DNA of 64,000 nucleotides from Hormiphora californensis (taxonomy: Eukaryota > Animalia > Ctenophora): NCBI GenBank assembly GCA_020137815.1, contig CM035352.1, positions 6,262,001-6,326,000 of the forward strand, written 5' to 3'. The notes below the pieces were generated by a model. That model ran no database searches and had not been told where the DNA came from. It worked only from the letters and a program-made list of their open reading frames with translations. The translations under genes were made by a program, and so were the position numbers. Shown piece after piece: positions 61,489 through 64,000 of this stretch (position 1 is the first letter of the stretch; the number at the start of each line of letters is the position of its first letter).

Positions 61489-64000
61489 TAAACACAGGCT
61501 AGGCTATGGGCTCTTTTGTAAAAGTCGTCATGATTCTGTACACCACGAAATCTGTCAACCTAGGCAGCTTCTCCGGCTCACTGAAAGAGTAATATCGCGA
61601 AATTCAAAAAAAGGCGAGATATGCCCTCTAGACAATTGTCTGCTGAAGAAGCTGGTGTAATTTTTTTCAAGATCCGACGTAAGACGTAGCCAGTTAGCTG
61701 TAACATTTGAAATCATGCTCATAATTCGTGTGGTGCGTCACAGTGCTGACACATTGATGTTTAGAGAGTACTGCTTTTTTCCGGAGTACTGCTTTTTCTC
61801 TCTCTGCCAAGAGGGCGCGTAGGGGGCTGTGTGTGGGGACTGTGAATGTGTTGGAGTGTGGTGTATCAAGGCAGTGTGTGTGTGGTGTTCTGATTTCTGT
61901 CACGACTTAGTGTACCAGATATTATAAGAGTAGACTGTTATTATACATGACACATAATGCTTCATATTCCCCTCAGCTGTCCCTACCTGCGACCCCACCC
62001 CTCATCTACTCCATCTCTCAGCTATCCTACCCCTCAGCTACCATATTCCTCAGGTACCCCAATACCCCATCCTGCTCGATCTCTCTGCTACCCTGCCTCT
62101 CATATAATACTCAATCTCTCAGCTACCCTGCCCCTCATCTACTCTATCTCTCAGCTACCCTTCCCCCTCCCCATCTACTACATCTCTCAGCTACCCTACC
62201 CCTCATCTCAGCAGTCAGCTACCTTACCCCTCATCTACGTCAACTCTCAGCTACCCTACCCCTCATCTACTTCATCTCTTAGATACCCTACCCCTCATAT
62301 AATACATCTCTCAGATATCCTACCCCTCATCTAGTCCATCTCTCAGCTATCCTACCCCTCAGCTACCATATCCCTCAGGTACCCCAATACCCCATCCTGC
62401 TAGATAACTGTAAGATCTTATTAGACCTGCTTCTAAAACCCCCAGAATACCCACCAGACCTCATTAGATACTCCTTAGAACCTTTCAGGTACCCTTACAA
62501 CCTGGTCTGGTGGGTATCCTGGGGGAAGCATCTAATAAGATCTTACAGTTATCTAGCAGGATGGAGTATTAGGGTACCTGAGGAAGATGGTAGCTGAGGG
62601 GTAGGATAGCCGATAGCTGAGAGATGGAATAGATGAGGGGTAGGATAGCTGAGAGATGGAATAGATGAGGGGTAGGACATCTGAGAGATGTATTATATGA
62701 GGGGTAGGGTATCTAAGAGATGAAGTAGATGAGGGGTAGGGTAGCTGAGAGATGGAGTAGATGAGGGGCAGGGTAGCTTAGAGATTGCGTAGATGATGGC
62801 TAGGGTAGCTGAGAGATGGAGTAGATGAGGGGCAGGGTAGCTGAGAGATGGAGTGTAGATGAGGGGTAGGTTAGCTGAGAGATGGAGTAGATGAGGGGTA
62901 GGGTCGGGTAGGGTAGCTGAGAGATGGAGTAGATGAGGGGCAGGGTAGCTGAGAGATTTAATAAATGGGGAGGGGTAGCTGAGAGATAGAGTAGATAAGG
63001 GATAGGGTAGCTAAGAGATCGAGTAGATGAGGGGTAGGGTAGCTGAGAGATCGAGTAAATGAGGGGTAGGGTAGCTGAGAGATGGCGTAGATGAGGGGTA
63101 GGGCCAAGGGTATCTGAGAGATGGAGTAGATATTAAGGGGTAGGATATCTGAGAGATGCAGTAGATGAGGGGTAGGATAGCTGAACGATGGATTAGATGA
63201 GGGAGATGAGGGGTAGGATAGCTGGTGCCTGGTAGTTGGAGTAGATGAGGGGTAGGTTAGCTGAGAAATGGAGCAGATGAGGGGTAGGGTAGCTGAGAGA
63301 TGTAGTAGATGGGGAGGGGGAAGGGTAGCTGACAGATAGAGTAGATGAGGGGCAGGGTAGCTGAGAGATTGAGTATTATATGAGAGGCAGGGTAGCAGAG
63401 AGATCGAGCAGGATGGGGTATTGGGGTACCTGAGGAATATGGTAGCTGAGGGGTAGGATAGCTGAGAGATGGAGTAGATGAGGGGTGGGGTCGCAGGTAG
63501 GGACAGCTGAGGGGAATATGAAGCATTATGTGTCATGTATAATAACAGTCTACTCTTATAATATCCGGTACACTAAGTCGTGTAAGCGACAGAAATCAGA
63601 ATACCACACACACACTGCCTTGATACACCACACTCCAACACATTCACAGTCCCCACACACAGCCCCCTACGCGCCCTCTTGGCAGAGAGAGAAAAAGCAG
63701 TACTCCGGAAAAAAGCAATACTCTCTAAACATCAATGTGTCAGCACTGTGACGCACCACACGAATTATGAGCATGATTTCAAATGTTACAGCTAACTGGC
63801 TACGTCTTACGTCGGATCTTGAAAAAAATTACACCAGCTTCTTCAGCAGACAATTGTCTAGAGGGCATATCTCGCCTTTTTTTGAATTTCGCGATATTAC
63901 TCTTTCAGTGAGCCGGAGAAGCTGCCTAGGTTGACAGATTTCGTGGTGTACAGAATCATGACGACTTTTACAAAAGAGCCCATAGCCTAGCCTGTGTTTA
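61489..64000. mobile_element. Large foldback element with internal ~32-bp tandem repeats; runs off the window
   Basis: 61489-62460 is the reverse complement of 62504-64000, except that the right arm has extra GCTGAGAGATGGAGTAGATGAGGGGYAGGGTA units. Confidence 0.8.

Overview
Compact, intron-rich animal genomic DNA; no prokaryotic features, rRNA, tRNA or CRISPR arrays were found. The gene style and an abundant 109-bp hAT-type MITE resemble what I recall from ctenophore (Pleurobrachia-like) sequence; this is unverified inference. Reconstructed genes, in order: F-box/LRR (-), BTB-BACK-Kelch (-), MED15 (+), SNX3/12 (+), a GPI-anchored Ly6/uPAR three-finger protein not assembled by the ORF track (-), an MPO1/DUF962 dioxygenase (+), AP-4 sigma (+), two disrupted related surface-protein genes (-), an ARM/HEAT-like protein (+), KDSR (-), MORC2-like (+) and EXOSC10/RRP6 (+). 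Two system-level patterns stand out. First, nearly every start codon lies 0-27 nt after a pyrimidine-rich 3' splice acceptor, and same-strand genes come in close pairs, suggesting spliced-leader trans-splicing and possibly operons. Second, the window holds kilobase-scale palindromic non-autonomous DNA transposons (Chapaev-like, Kolobok-like and one unclassified), mostly intronic, which would form long dsRNA in pre-mRNA. The 22-35 kb region looks error-rich or pseudogenised, so calls there are tentative.
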